From positions 1 to 59,237 of the forward strand of contig JBEKOM010000012.1 of the NCBI GenBank assembly GCA_049521795.1: a DNA stretch of 59,237 nt. The letters are read 5' to 3'. The position numbers and the translations under genes are program-made. Origin of the DNA: Candidatus Bathyarchaeia archaeon (GTDB lineage: Archaea > Thermoproteota > Bathyarchaeia > Bathyarchaeales > Bathycorpusculaceae). The notes beneath the pieces were generated by a model. The model saw only the letters and a list, made by a program, of their open reading frames with translations, had not been told where the DNA came from and ran no database searches. Shown in pieces: positions 26,889 through 37,333 of the stretch (its first letter is position 1; each line of letters starts with the position of its first letter).

Positions 26889-27675
26889 ACCTACGATCCT
26901 GAAAATCGGCGGTTCAGTGATAACAGACAAGGAAGGGCAGCTTGCCGCCAAGACCCAGGAGATAAACCGCCTAGCAGGTGAGATACACGGGGCTAACGTG
27001 CAAAACCTGATAATCGTCCACGGAGGCGGAAGCTTCGGTCATCCCTCAGCGGAAAAGTATGCGATAAAGGAAGGTTACAAAGAAGACTCACAGAAGGTCG
27101 GTTTCTCCGTCACTCATCACTACATGACCGTGCTAAACGGCTTGTTCATGGACTCTCTCCTTTGGCACGACTTGCCAGCGGTAAGCGTGACACCTTCATC
27201 ATGCATAATCACAGAAAACGGAAGAATCAAACAGTTCGAGGATGCAGCGTTGACGTCGCTGTTGAAGATGGGCTTCACACCCGTCCTCTACGGAGACGCA
27301 GTGTTGGACACAAAGCTAGGTTTCACGGTGCTGTCGGGCGACCAGCTTGTCTCAACGCTTGCCATACGGTTCAAGGCAGCCCGCATAATAATCGGAGTCG
27401 ACGTTGACGGAGTGTATGATGCCGACCCGAAACTTGTAGCAACAGCCAAGATGCTGGACCATCTGACACTCGAAGAACTGAAGGGTCTTCAAGGCAAACT
27501 GGGCAAGGCAACGGCCTGCGACGTAACCGGCGGCATGTTCGGCAAAATGGCGGAGCTCATACCAGCCGTCGAACTGAACATTCCTGTCACAGTCGTCAAC
27601 GCGTCAAAACCCCGTTACGTTTACAAGGCCCTTGAAGGAGAAGCAGTAAGAGGCACGGTGATAGAGAGGGAATAG
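26875..27675 (+). CDS. ipk: isopentenyl phosphate kinase
   Basis: KIGGSVITDK, HGGGSFGH, SGD, DVTGGM; lies between mvk and fni. Confidence 0.95.
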   Translation: MSSLRPTILKIGGSVITDKEGQLAAKTQEINRLAGEIHGANVQNLIIVHGGGSFGHPSAEKYAIKEGYKEDSQKVGFSVTHHYMTVLNGLFMDSLLWHDLPAVSVTPSSCIITENGRIKQFEDAALTSLLKMGFTPVLYGDAVLDTKLGFTVLSGDQLVSTLAIRFKAARIIIGVDVDGVYDADPKLVATAKMLDHLTLEELKGLQGKLGKATACDVTGGMFGKMAELIPAVELNIPVTVVNASKPRYVYKALEGEAVRGTVIERE

Positions 27676-27679
27676 ACTC

Positions 27680-28783
27680 TTGTCAAGAGAAACAGCGAAG
27701 CGAAAATCAGAGCACATCAAAATCTCGTTGAACCATAACGTTCAGGCAAAGAGCGTAACCACAGGTTTCGAAGACATAAGCTTCGTGCACAAGGCCCTGC
27801 CTGAAGTTGACCGGAAAAGAATAGACCTCTCCACTATGGTTTTCAGCCACAGGTTTACCGCGCCATTGATTGCAGGAGCAATAACGGGTGGAACCTGCGA
27901 AGCCGAAAAGATCAACGCAGCGATAGCCCAAGCAGTCGAAGAGCTGGGCTTGGGAATGGGTGTAGGAAGTCAACGCGCAGCGATAGAAGATAAAAGACTT
28001 GAGAAAACCTTCGCGGTAGTAAGGAAAAAAGCTCCAAACGCCTTCCTCATCGCAAACATCGGTGGTGTGCAACTTGTCAACGGCTATGGCTTGAAAGAAG
28101 CAAGAAGAGCCGTGGAAATGATCGAGGCAGACGCCTTGGCAATACACCTAAACGCGCTCCAAGAGACTGCCCAGCCAGAGGGCCAAGCAAACTTTCGAGG
28201 CGTTCTCGAACGCATAGGGGAGGTCGCTCAAGAATTAGACAAGCCGGTTATTGCAAAGGAGACAGGCGCCGGCATAGCTGCTGAAGAGGCCAAGAAGCTT
28301 GAGAACGTGGGCGTGAAAGGCATAGACGTGAGCGGAACAGGCGGCACAAGCTTCGCAGCCGTCGAATACTACCGTGCAGAAGGGCCAGAGAGCAGTTCAA
28401 AGCGCAGGCTAGGCGCCGTCTTCTGGGACTGGGGAATCCCAACAGCGGCAAGCATCGTTGAAGTGTCTCAATCTGTTAGCATACCCGTCATCGCTTCCGG
28501 AGGAGTACGCAGTGGAGTGGATGCTGCGAAGAGTCTCGCGCTGGGCGCCAGCTTGGCAAGCCTTTCCCAGCCAATTCTGCAATCAGCAGTCAAAGGAGTC
28601 AAAGAAACGTCCAAAACGCTTTCCCTCCTCATGGACGAGTTGAGAAACGTCATGTTCCTTGTTGGGGCCGATTCTACCGAATCATTGCGCAAAGCACCAA
28701 TTGTGATAAAAGGCAAAACCTCAGAATGGCTTCGCACGAGGGGCTACGGAACTGAAAACTACGCGCGCAGACAGAAGGCTTAA
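27680..28783 (+). CDS. fni: type 2 isopentenyl-diphosphate isomerase
   Basis: RK.EH, GVGSQR, HLN.LQE, KETG.G, GGTS, SGG.R. Confidence 0.97.
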   Translation: MSRETAKRKSEHIKISLNHNVQAKSVTTGFEDISFVHKALPEVDRKRIDLSTMVFSHRFTAPLIAGAITGGTCEAEKINAAIAQAVEELGLGMGVGSQRAAIEDKRLEKTFAVVRKKAPNAFLIANIGGVQLVNGYGLKEARRAVEMIEADALAIHLNALQETAQPEGQANFRGVLERIGEVAQELDKPVIAKETGAGIAAEEAKKLENVGVKGIDVSGTGGTSFAAVEYYRAEGPESSSKRRLGAVFWDWGIPTAASIVEVSQSVSIPVIASGGVRSGVDAAKSLALGASLASLSQPILQSAVKGVKETSKTLSLLMDELRNVMFLVGADSTESLRKAPIVIKGKTSEWLRTRGYGTENYARRQKA

Positions 28784-28785
28784 CC

Positions 28786-29856
28786 ATGGACATTGAAGAA
28801 ATTCTTCGGGAGAAGGCTCCTTTGATAAACAAGACCGTTGAAAAATACGTTCCAAGAGTATTCTCCAAGAACGCCGTTCTGTTCAAACTGAGTCCACCAA
28901 GATACTCATACAACTTGGAAGCCTTGAACAAGGCAGTCGCAGACCCAGTATGGGAATTTCTTGACAGAGGAGGCAAAAGATGGCGGCCGACCATGTTCCT
29001 GCTCGTGTGCGAAGCATTAGGCAAAGATCCAAAGGACTTCGTTGACTATGCTATTATGCCAGAAGTCATTCATAACGGAACCATCATGGTCGACGACATA
29101 GAGGATTCATCCGAATACAGAAGGGGAAAACCTTGTACCTACAAAATCTTCGGGCTTGACGTGGCCATAAACGCTGGAAACGCAATGTACTACCTGCCCC
29201 TTCTTCCACTTATGGAAAAAAAGCAGAAGTTATCGCCTCAAAAAAGCAGCAGGATCTACGAGATCTACGCTCAAGAAATGATCAACGTAAGTCTCGGTCA
29301 AGCCATGGACATAGCCTGGCACAGAGGCTTAGCAGACGCTGACGCAATCGACGAAAAGGACTACTTGCAGATGTGCGCATACAAGACGGGTTCTCTGGCA
29401 AGAATGGCAGCAAAGATGGCGTGTGTTCTGGCTGATGCGAGTGATGAACTCGTCGAAAAGCTTGGGAGTTTTGCAGAGAGCGTAGGGGTGGCTTTTCAGA
29501 TTCAAGATGACGTTCTGGACTTGACCAGTGAGGAGTTCGGGGAGAAGAAAGGTGGAAGAGGGCAGGACATAACAGAGGGGAAGAGGAGCTTACCGGTAAT
29601 CCGCGCATTGAAGGTTGCAGAACCCCAGGATAGGAAGAGGCTCGTTGAAATTCTGGAGATGCACACTTCCAGCCAGGATTTGAGAGACGCTGCAATCGCC
29701 ATGATGCAGAAGTACGACTCAATAGAATACGCCAAGCAGGTGGCAAGAAGAATGGTTAAAGAAAGCTGGAGTGCGGTCGAGATGTTACTGCCTGCCTCAG
29801 CAGGAAAGGAAAAACTAAAAGCCTTCGCGGTCTTCTTGATCGAGAGAAAAATCTAG
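28786..29856 (+). CDS. geranylgeranyl diphosphate synthase (polyprenyl synthetase)
   Basis: GGKRWRP, DDIED...RRG, GQAMD, YKT, FQIQDDVLD. Confidence 0.95.
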   Translation: MDIEEILREKAPLINKTVEKYVPRVFSKNAVLFKLSPPRYSYNLEALNKAVADPVWEFLDRGGKRWRPTMFLLVCEALGKDPKDFVDYAIMPEVIHNGTIMVDDIEDSSEYRRGKPCTYKIFGLDVAINAGNAMYYLPLLPLMEKKQKLSPQKSSRIYEIYAQEMINVSLGQAMDIAWHRGLADADAIDEKDYLQMCAYKTGSLARMAAKMACVLADASDELVEKLGSFAESVGVAFQIQDDVLDLTSEEFGEKKGGRGQDITEGKRSLPVIRALKVAEPQDRKRLVEILEMHTSSQDLRDAAIAMMQKYDSIEYAKQVARRMVKESWSAVEMLLPASAGKEKLKAFAVFLIERKI

Positions 29857-29868
29857 AGTGTAGAACTG

Positions 29869-31620
29869 TTGAATCTAGGAGAAGAAGCAGGGTTCCGAGA
29901 ACTTGTTCGCAAGTTCGCCCTGCTGAACGCGGTTAAGCATGGTGGCAAGGCGCAGACGGGCGCGGTTGTTGGAAAGATACTGGGTGAGAGACCAGAATAC
30001 AGAGGCAAGGTTAAGGAATTATCAGCTCTCATCTATGAAATCGTTGAAAAGGTCAACGGTCTTTCACCGGTTGAACAAAAGCGCACGGTCGACGCAGAGT
30101 GGCCAGAAGCCTTTGTCAAGGAGAAGGCTGAAGAAAAACGTCTTCCGCCTCTGCTGAACGTTTCCAATTATCCGCATGTAATCACTCGTTATGCGCCTAA
30201 CCCTGACTGTGTGCTGCACTTGGGCTCAGCCAGAGCGATTATCCTGTGCCATGAGTATGCGCAGATGTACAAGGGCAAGTTTGTTCTCCGCTTTGAGGAC
30301 ACTGACCCGAAGCTGAAAAGACCCGTCTTAGAATTCTATGACGATATCAGAGAGGACTTGGCTTGGCTTGGTTGCGAACCTGACGAGGAGTACATTCAAA
30401 GCGACAGAATTCCGATTTACTACAAGCACGCTGAAAGACTGGTCAGGGATGGAAACGCTTACGTCTGCACGTGCAAACCGGAAGAGTTTCGAGAGAGAGT
30501 ACTTGCTCAAAGGCCATGCGATTGCCGCAACCTTTCAGTTGAAGAGCATCTTGAACGATGGAGACGCATGCTCGACGGGGGCTACGGCGAGGGTGAAGCT
30601 GTTGTTCGAGTTAAAACAGACTTGGACCATCCGAATCCCGCGGTTCGAGACTGGCCGGCGCTTCGAATCATTGACACTCTGAAGTATCCGCATCCAAGGG
30701 TTGGAAGCAAGTACAGGGTCTGGCCCCTTTACAACCTTGCAAGCGGCGTGGATGACCACCTAATTGGCATAACACACATCATCCGGGGGAAGGAGCACCT
30801 GACAAATCAGGTTAGACAAGAGTACATGTATCGTCATCTAGGCTGGAAGTATCCGGAGACCATACACTATGGTAGATTGAAGATCACCGGGGCGTCTCTG
30901 AGCAAGTCAAAGATAGTTCAAGGGATGCGGGACGGGCTGTACAAGGATTGGGATGACCCGCGCTTGGCAACTTTCGTCGCCTTACGCAGGCGTGGAATAA
31001 AGCCTGATGCGATCAAGAAGATGATTATCGATATCGGGCCGAAGACTTCAGATGTGACTCTGAGCTGGGAAAACCTTTACGCGTACAACCGCAAGATAGT
31101 GGATCCAACCGCTGATAGGTACTTCTTCGTGAATAGCCCAATAGAGCTAACGGTCAGAGGAGTCCCGCAGCTTTTTGACGCTAGGCTCAAGCTGCACCCA
31201 GACGAGCCTAGCAGAGGTCTCAGGGAATATACGGTGCGGCCCGAAGGCGAAGATGACCACGTGACTCTATGGGTTTCGAGGAAAGACGTCGACTCATCAA
31301 GCGTTGGCGCGATGCTTCGCCTGATGGACCTGTTCAACGTAAGGATCGAGAACGCAAACGTGTATTCAGCTCAAAGCCTTTTCGTCAGCGAGTCCTACGA
31401 AGACGCAAGAAAGGTTAAGGCTCAGTTGATCCAATGGGTGCTCATAGGACAGGACATGCCTTGCCGAGTTGTCATGCCTGACGCAAGTGTGTCAGAAGGA
31501 GTGGCAGAGAGCGCTTGTAAGAAGTTGAAGCCGAACGACATAATACAGTTTGAACGGTTCGGTTTTGTCAGAGTTGACGAAATCAACGATGGGTTAACAG
31601 CCTATTTCGCCCAAAAATGA
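29869..31620 (+). CDS. gltX: glutamate--tRNA ligase
   Basis: RYAPNP, HLGS, RFEDTDP, LSKS, WDDPRL, QFERFGF. Confidence 0.97.
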   Translation: MNLGEEAGFRELVRKFALLNAVKHGGKAQTGAVVGKILGERPEYRGKVKELSALIYEIVEKVNGLSPVEQKRTVDAEWPEAFVKEKAEEKRLPPLLNVSNYPHVITRYAPNPDCVLHLGSARAIILCHEYAQMYKGKFVLRFEDTDPKLKRPVLEFYDDIREDLAWLGCEPDEEYIQSDRIPIYYKHAERLVRDGNAYVCTCKPEEFRERVLAQRPCDCRNLSVEEHLERWRRMLDGGYGEGEAVVRVKTDLDHPNPAVRDWPALRIIDTLKYPHPRVGSKYRVWPLYNLASGVDDHLIGITHIIRGKEHLTNQVRQEYMYRHLGWKYPETIHYGRLKITGASLSKSKIVQGMRDGLYKDWDDPRLATFVALRRRGIKPDAIKKMIIDIGPKTSDVTLSWENLYAYNRKIVDPTADRYFFVNSPIELTVRGVPQLFDARLKLHPDEPSRGLREYTVRPEGEDDHVTLWVSRKDVDSSSVGAMLRLMDLFNVRIENANVYSAQSLFVSESYEDARKVKAQLIQWVLIGQDMPCRVVMPDASVSEGVAESACKKLKPNDIIQFERFGFVRVDEINDGLTAYFAQK

Positions 31621-31638
31621 CCTAAGGAGAAAAAGAAC

Positions 31639-31938
31639 TTGCGAAAACAAGATAAAGTGATCATCTGGCCAGCCTACTTTGACGTAGTCAGAAGCAGAGA
31701 GGATGGAAGGCGAGTGCCAAAAAGCATCGCTGTTGTTTCTCCGAAAATCGCAGAAGTGAAAGAGGCGGCGGAAAAACTGAGTCTGACCTGCGAGGTTTTT
31801 CCAGAAGCTGGCTACCCCAAAACGTCTTGGTTGAAAACCGGTATGGTTCTAGTAGAGAAGAAGGGCTCTAAGAACCAAACGATCACGATGATTGCGAAAC
31901 AACTTTCAAACATGCGCTCTGTGGCTAAAGTGGAATAA
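31639..31938 (+). CDS. srp19: signal recognition particle 19 kDa protein
   Basis: IWPAYFD...SR..GRRVP, YP...W...G.V.V. Confidence 0.95.
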   Translation: MRKQDKVIIWPAYFDVVRSREDGRRVPKSIAVVSPKIAEVKEAAEKLSLTCEVFPEAGYPKTSWLKTGMVLVEKKGSKNQTITMIAKQLSNMRSVAKVE

Positions 31939-31942
31939 GAGT

Positions 31943-32338
31943 TTAGCTTTTCTCCGCAGTTATGAGGACAGCATTGAGTATTCCGTGTTGTCCAGGGCGG
32001 GATGTTATCCTTGCTTGGCCCAGAGAAGTCTGCACCACGGCTCCCTTAGTGATCACGCCTCTGCGGTCGTAATCGATGTTCGCAGGGTTCTTGACAACTC
32101 GAACAACCTCTGTTTTCTCTGTTTTTCCAGTCTTCGGGTCGGTGACGCAGACCTGTTTTTCACTCAGAACTTTCATTTTCAGGTTTCCACCCCTTCCCCT
32201 AACAACTTTACTCTTCCGCTCTCCCAACATGGTCTCTGCTGGAAACGTGCCCTGCTCAAACTTTCTCTTCTTTCTGAAGACGTGTCTTCTGCCTCCTGAT
32301 GGCTTTTGCTTGTGCATTTTGCCATGCCAAACTGACAT
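31943..32338 (-). CDS. rps8e: 30S ribosomal protein S8e
   Basis: KRKFE.G, RGGN.K, NPAN, ITKGA, TSRPGQ.G. Confidence 0.97.
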   Translation of the reverse strand: MSVWHGKMHKQKPSGGRRHVFRKKRKFEQGTFPAETMLGERKSKVVRGRGGNLKMKVLSEKQVCVTDPKTGKTEKTEVVRVVKNPANIDYDRRGVITKGAVVQTSLGQARITSRPGQHGILNAVLITAEKS

Positions 32339-32412
32339 TCTTCATTTCTCCAGTGTTGCCGAATTTTGAGTGTGGACTATCATGGCTCTTTCGAATATAA
32401 GCCTATCCGTTT

Positions 32413-33015
32413 TCAGTCTGCCCGTTTGTCTGCCTTAGGAAATTCATCGAAAACGTGTTTGAGCTCTTTTTTCATCGATGCTGTGTCTGGACTAAGCCCG
32501 AAGTAGTCCGCGAAATACTCTGTGGTCCTTAAAACCGATGACCTTCCGCTTCTTTCACTTCCAATCAGTCCCATTTCCCTTAAGGTTCTTACGTGAGTGT
32601 AGGCGTGACGACCTCGCACTTCAATCACTCTCTTCTGAGACACTGGCTGTCTGTAGGCTATGTACGAAAGGGTCTTTAACGGACCGAGAGAAAGCAACGG
32701 TCTGTTGACAAACTTCTTGACGTGCGGTGTGAAATCGGCCTTAATCTGCAGAACGTACCTCTCGTCCTTCAGTTCCAGAATTTCGAGAGCAGTGTTTCTG
32801 CATGCGTACTGCTGCATTAGAGTCTTCGTTGTTCTTCTGGCCCTGTTCTTTGACCGGGTCTTCAAGACCGAGCATAACTCGTTCAGGTCCAGAGGACGTC
32901 CAGCAACGTACAAAGCTGCCTCCACCATCGACAAGTCATCATGTATCCTTGCCGGAGTCGGCTTCTCACTTTCCTCTTCACCTAGGCTAGGTGCCTGTTT
33001 GTCCACTTCCTGCAA
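32413..33015 (-). CDS. scpB: SMC-Scp complex subunit ScpB
   Basis: VEAALY, LKTLSYIAYRQP, RG, TT..F.DYFGL. Confidence 0.95.
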   Translation of the reverse strand: MQEVDKQAPSLGEEESEKPTPARIHDDLSMVEAALYVAGRPLDLNELCSVLKTRSKNRARRTTKTLMQQYACRNTALEILELKDERYVLQIKADFTPHVKKFVNRPLLSLGPLKTLSYIAYRQPVSQKRVIEVRGRHAYTHVRTLREMGLIGSERSGRSSVLRTTEYFADYFGLSPDTASMKKELKHVFDEFPKADKRAD

Positions 33016-33688
33016 GGTTCAGATCACCAACAGCTATGTAAATCTCCTCTGTCTCTTCGTTCTGCCACAGGCTGATTTTTCCATCCTGCGCCAAGAAAAG
33101 TAAGAGAATGAACGTGCGGATCGCCTCAAACCGCCCGACTCCCTTAATCAGCGTTGAGAACTCTACTATTCCCGCGCCTTTCACCCGTTCCGAAAGGGAG
33201 GCATGGAGTTTTTCCATCTGGAGCTCAATTTCCATCAGGTACATGTCCAATTGAGGAAGTATTTCCGAAGGCATTGGCAAGACGGCCTGTTGGACAAGCT
33301 TTTCTGGGCGAATCAGCTTCTCCAGCTTTAGAATGTCGTCCAGTACTTCCAGAAGATTTCCAATGGTCGTAGACGTCAATTCGTGTCGAAGTGGCAGAAA
33401 CAGGGGCGGAGGCAAGAAGTCCATTGGCGGCTTCGGCGGCGGTGGGGGTTCTTCAAGTTTCAGCAGAAGCCTTGACTTCATTAGGTATATGAGGGCTGAA
33501 GAGTCAAGGGCCACTCCTGATGCCCTGAAATCTACTTGGCCCGTCTTCTCCATGTTTTCAAGAAACGATTCTAGCAAGTATGCGATGCTGACGTTCCAAG
33601 GTGCAAGCTTTTCCAGCCTGTGGAACTCGAAGAGAATGTTCCATGGAGGAAACATGTAGAACGGCTTCTTTGTCGCCGTGGCCGACAC
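32987..33688 (-). CDS. scpA: kleisin ScpA
   Basis: PWNVSI, SG.A..S...Y.MKS..L, TFILLLFL...GKI.L.Q; lies between smc and scpB. Confidence 0.88.
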   Translation of the reverse strand: MSATATKKPFYMFPPWNILFEFHRLEKLAPWNVSIAYLLESFLENMEKTGQVDFRASGVALDSSALIYLMKSRLLLKLEEPPPPPKPPMDFLPPPLFLPLRHELTSTTIGNLLEVLDDILKLEKLIRPEKLVQQAVLPMPSEILPQLDMYLMEIELQMEKLHASLSERVKGAGIVEFSTLIKGVGRFEAIRTFILLLFLAQDGKISLWQNEETEEIYIAVGDLNLAGSGQTGT

Positions 33689-36600
33689 TAGCTTGGGACC
33701 TCCAGCAGTTTGAGGGAAATGACGTTTGACACTCCGTTGCTCATGTAGGCCCCGTAGACTTTCTGAGCTTTGTTCACCATTTCGGGTTTTAGGGTGATAA
33801 CTATAAACTGAGTCCTGTCCGATTCTTCTAGCAGAACCTCAGCCAGTTTTGAAACGTGGAAAGCGTCTAGGTGAGCATCGATCTCGTCAAGGATGTAGAA
33901 GGATGCTGGTGTGAACTCCCTGAGAGCAAACAGGAACGCGACGGCTGCTACTGAGCGTTCGCCTCCGCTGGCACCGCTGACGACTATTGAGGGTTTGTTG
34001 GGGAACTGGACGAGCATGTCTATGCCTCCTGCAAAGGGTTCTTCGACTTTTTCAAGCGTCATCATGGAAGTGCCGCCTCCTGTGAGCTTCGAGAAGTATA
34101 CGTTCTGGTCTCGGTTTATTTTTTCGAAGGCTTCCATGAAGATTTTGCGTTTCTTCCTGTCGATCTCGTCCATGAACTGCACTATTGCCTGTTTTTCTTT
34201 TTCGAGTTCGTTCAACCTGATCGAAAGTTCCTTGTAGCGTGAGATCTGGTCGGCGTAATGCGACAATGCAAGCTGGTTGACTGCGCCTATTCTTTCAAGT
34301 TCAAGCTGCATCATCTTCATGGACGTTTCGGCTTCTTCAACCTGTTTCGGAGTCACGGTCAGCGGTTGCTCATAGCCGGAAAGTCTCAGCTGGTTTCGGT
34401 ATTGCTCAAGCTGCAGAAGAGACGTTTGAACGTTCAGCTGGAGCTGGTTTTGCAGACGGTCGACTTGTTCATATTCAGCGTCCAGCGTGCGAAGTTCCTT
34501 GTCTATGTCGTCAATCTGGCTCGTGAATTTCTTTGCTTCCTCCCTCGCTGAAAAAACTGTCTTTGAAAGTTCAACTCGGTTCTTCTCCAGTTGCGAAAGT
34601 TCCAGCTTCAGCACTTCCCTCTGCTGCAACGCATCCTCCACTTCTTTCTCTACCTTCCTCAGTTGCTGCTCAACCTTTGAGGTCTGAATCTTTGAGTTCT
34701 GGTACCCAACCCTCAGAACGTTGTCGAACTGTGACTGCAGCGTTGAAATTTCCGTCTGGCTTGTCCCCAGCTTCTGTCTCTGAGTGATTATCTCTTCTGA
34801 CAGTTTCTCCCTCTTTACTTCCATTTCCTGAATGTGTCCAGGGTCTGTCCTTTTTCTCAGAACTGCCAACTCGTTCTGGAGTCTTCGCATCTCCTTCAGG
34901 ATCGAGCTCCTCTCAGCGCTGTGCACCCACATCTGGGCTTTCTCATTCTCGATTTCTTTGTTGATTCGAACGATATAATGATCAACGCGTCTAACGTTGG
35001 ACCCTGTTCTCCTAACGCTTCTCTTCACCCTGAAGATTTCCCCGTCTAACGTCGTTGTAGCCTCGGACAAGCGGGCGATTTCAACGCGAGTTCGGTCGAT
35101 CTCGTCTTCATAGCTAGCGATGTCATCGTTTCTCCTCGAAAGATGCTGATGAAGAGCGTTGACAGCCTCGTCTAGGCTCTTGATGGCTGTCTCACTTGGG
35201 ATTATCGTGGAAAAGTCTATTGGAGCGCGGTAGTAACCGCTTTCAAATGCGCCGCCAACCTCGTAGACGTCTCCCTCAACTGTGACACTGCGATAGCCCT
35301 GGCTGGCCAACGTGAAAGCGGTCTTGTCGTCCGCTACCACAAGCGTGTCTCCGAAAACGAAGCGGACCGCAGGTCCACAACTCTTTTCAGACTTTACGAA
35401 AGCTTCAGCAGCGCCGCGGATGCCTTCCTTTTCGGGAGTTTTGAAGGGTTTGGCAGAGGCTGCCCCTTCGAGGGGAATGATCTTTATTCTCCCAAGCTTC
35501 ATCCTTCTTAACGTTTCTGTACACGTGAAAGCCGAGTCGAAGTCTTTTACGACGACAGCGTCAAGCCATCCTACTGACGCAGCTTCGATTGCTCTTTGGT
35601 AGGTCTTGTCGATTTTCGCAAGGCTGCGAAGTCTACCGTACACGCCCTTGATGACGCCCAGTTCGCCCAGCTCTTCTATGCTTCTGAGTGCTTTCTCCTC
35701 TGCGGCCACGGTTTCTGCAAGTTCTCTTTGGGTTGCAAACTCTACGACCGCTTCACGTGCTGAATCAGCTATCTTGCTTGCTTCAACTATTTCTTTCTCA
35801 ACAGCTTCTTTTTGAGCGCTTCTTCTTTCAAGGTTCCGTTCCAGGTTTTTCAGCTGAGTTTTTTGTTCTTTCTGAACTTTTTCAAGGTCAGAGAAAGATT
35901 TTTCAAGCTCGGTGAGTGTTGATGCAAACCGTTGCTTGCGGTCGTTCAGGTCCTTCTGTCTTCTCGTCCGCGCCTTGATGGCTGTCTGATTCTTTACGTA
36001 TTCCGACCGCAAGGATACGAGTCTCTTGTTGTCTCCCTCGATTTTGAGCTCGATCTCCCGTATTTTCTTGCTGTTTTCTCCGAGGTTTTCCCAAAGCTGG
36101 GCGGCTTCTTGTGCTAAAGTATCATGTTCTGCTTGTTTCTCGTTTATCTGGCCAAGAATTCCTTCATGTTCGCTTTTGAAGTGCCTTATCTTTAGCCGGT
36201 TTTCGTGAATTTCCTTTTGAATTGCTTGGTGCTGTTGGAGGTTGTTTTCCCTGATTCTCGTGAGTCCTTCAAGGGTTGTTTTCCCGGAGCTTATCTTGGT
36301 CGCCAACTCTGGTAGTTTTGATTTCAGCTCTCCGATTTTTATCTGCACCTTGACTACCTGAGAGCCTCCTTCCTCGACCATTTCGGAGCTTAGTCTTCGC
36401 CATTCACCCTCAACTTCTCTTCTTTTCGACCTGTAACCGTCACGCAGCTCTCGGAGTTTTTCTACTCTGGCCTTAACCTTGTCTGCTTGCGATGAATTTT
36501 CCTCTACCCTCTTCTGTATCCGTGTCATATCGTTTGAGATCTTGACCGCTTCAAACTGTTTCAGTTCGGCCTGGATGAAGCTGACTTTGAGCAGTTCGTT

Positions 36601-37239
36601 GCGTTCTCTTTCCAGGTCGTCAAGCCTCTTCTGCACTTCGTCAATTCTGCCCATGGCCGTGCGTATGGAGATGTCTGCTGCTCGCAGCTTTTCTTCTGCT
36701 TCGGCTTTTTCGGTGTCGTACTGGCCTATTCCAATCAGGTCTTCGATGATTCTTCTACGTTCCACGGGGGAGATGTCCGTCAGTCGAGTAATAGTGCCCT
36801 GCAGGATTATGTTTTGGCTCGCGGAGCTTATTCCGGCCATGGAAAGGATTTCCATGATGTGGGTTCTCGAGATTCGCCTGCCGTTAAGCCTGTACACGCT
36901 TAGTCCGTTCCTGTAGACTTCCCTGGAAATAGTCACTGTTGTAGTGTCGACGGCCATGCGCCCGTCTGAGTTGTCGAACTGGATCACCACTTTGGCCATT
37001 TTGGCCCTTTCCAACCCGGCCTTTTCTGACCCGTGGAAGATCAGTTTGGCGGCGGTTTCTGCACGGAGTCTTCTTGTGCTCAGTTCACCGAGTGAGAACA
37101 GAAAAGCATCGAGGACGTTTGTTTTTCCGCTTCCGTTTGGGCCTGTTATCGCCGTGAAGCCCTTGTCTAGGACTATTTTAACGTCCTGCGGCCCGAATGA
37201 TTTGAAACCCCTGAGCTCCATTTTCTTGATGTAGGGCAT
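33688..37239 (-). CDS. smc: chromosome segregation protein SMC
   Basis: GFKSF, GPNGSGKT, long coiled coils, hinge GVYG, SGGE signature, LDEIDAHLD. Confidence 0.98.
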   Translation of the reverse strand: MPYIKKMELRGFKSFGPQDVKIVLDKGFTAITGPNGSGKTNVLDAFLFSLGELSTRRLRAETAAKLIFHGSEKAGLERAKMAKVVIQFDNSDGRMAVDTTTVTISREVYRNGLSVYRLNGRRISRTHIMEILSMAGISSASQNIILQGTITRLTDISPVERRRIIEDLIGIGQYDTEKAEAEEKLRAADISIRTAMGRIDEVQKRLDDLERERNELLKVSFIQAELKQFEAVKISNDMTRIQKRVEENSSQADKVKARVEKLRELRDGYRSKRREVEGEWRRLSSEMVEEGGSQVVKVQIKIGELKSKLPELATKISSGKTTLEGLTRIRENNLQQHQAIQKEIHENRLKIRHFKSEHEGILGQINEKQAEHDTLAQEAAQLWENLGENSKKIREIELKIEGDNKRLVSLRSEYVKNQTAIKARTRRQKDLNDRKQRFASTLTELEKSFSDLEKVQKEQKTQLKNLERNLERRSAQKEAVEKEIVEASKIADSAREAVVEFATQRELAETVAAEEKALRSIEELGELGVIKGVYGRLRSLAKIDKTYQRAIEAASVGWLDAVVVKDFDSAFTCTETLRRMKLGRIKIIPLEGAASAKPFKTPEKEGIRGAAEAFVKSEKSCGPAVRFVFGDTLVVADDKTAFTLASQGYRSVTVEGDVYEVGGAFESGYYRAPIDFSTIIPSETAIKSLDEAVNALHQHLSRRNDDIASYEDEIDRTRVEIARLSEATTTLDGEIFRVKRSVRRTGSNVRRVDHYIVRINKEIENEKAQMWVHSAERSSILKEMRRLQNELAVLRKRTDPGHIQEMEVKREKLSEEIITQRQKLGTSQTEISTLQSQFDNVLRVGYQNSKIQTSKVEQQLRKVEKEVEDALQQREVLKLELSQLEKNRVELSKTVFSAREEAKKFTSQIDDIDKELRTLDAEYEQVDRLQNQLQLNVQTSLLQLEQYRNQLRLSGYEQPLTVTPKQVEEAETSMKMMQLELERIGAVNQLALSHYADQISRYKELSIRLNELEKEKQAIVQFMDEIDRKKRKIFMEAFEKINRDQNVYFSKLTGGGTSMMTLEKVEEPFAGGIDMLVQFPNKPSIVVSGASGGERSVAAVAFLFALREFTPASFYILDEIDAHLDAFHVSKLAEVLLEESDRTQFIVITLKPEMVNKAQKVYGAYMSNGVSNVISLKLLEVPS

Positions 37240-37333
37240 TGAATCTGCGCCCTCACGCTTCGAAACGTCCGCATTTTTCTTTTGCAGACAGTCTGCGGCA
37301 CTTTTATGAAAGCATTTATTGTGCTATGAAGCT

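Noticed and set aside
33911-37234. Many antisense ORFs within smc and other core genes
   Set aside because: Expected shadow frames of long coding genes; no motifs.
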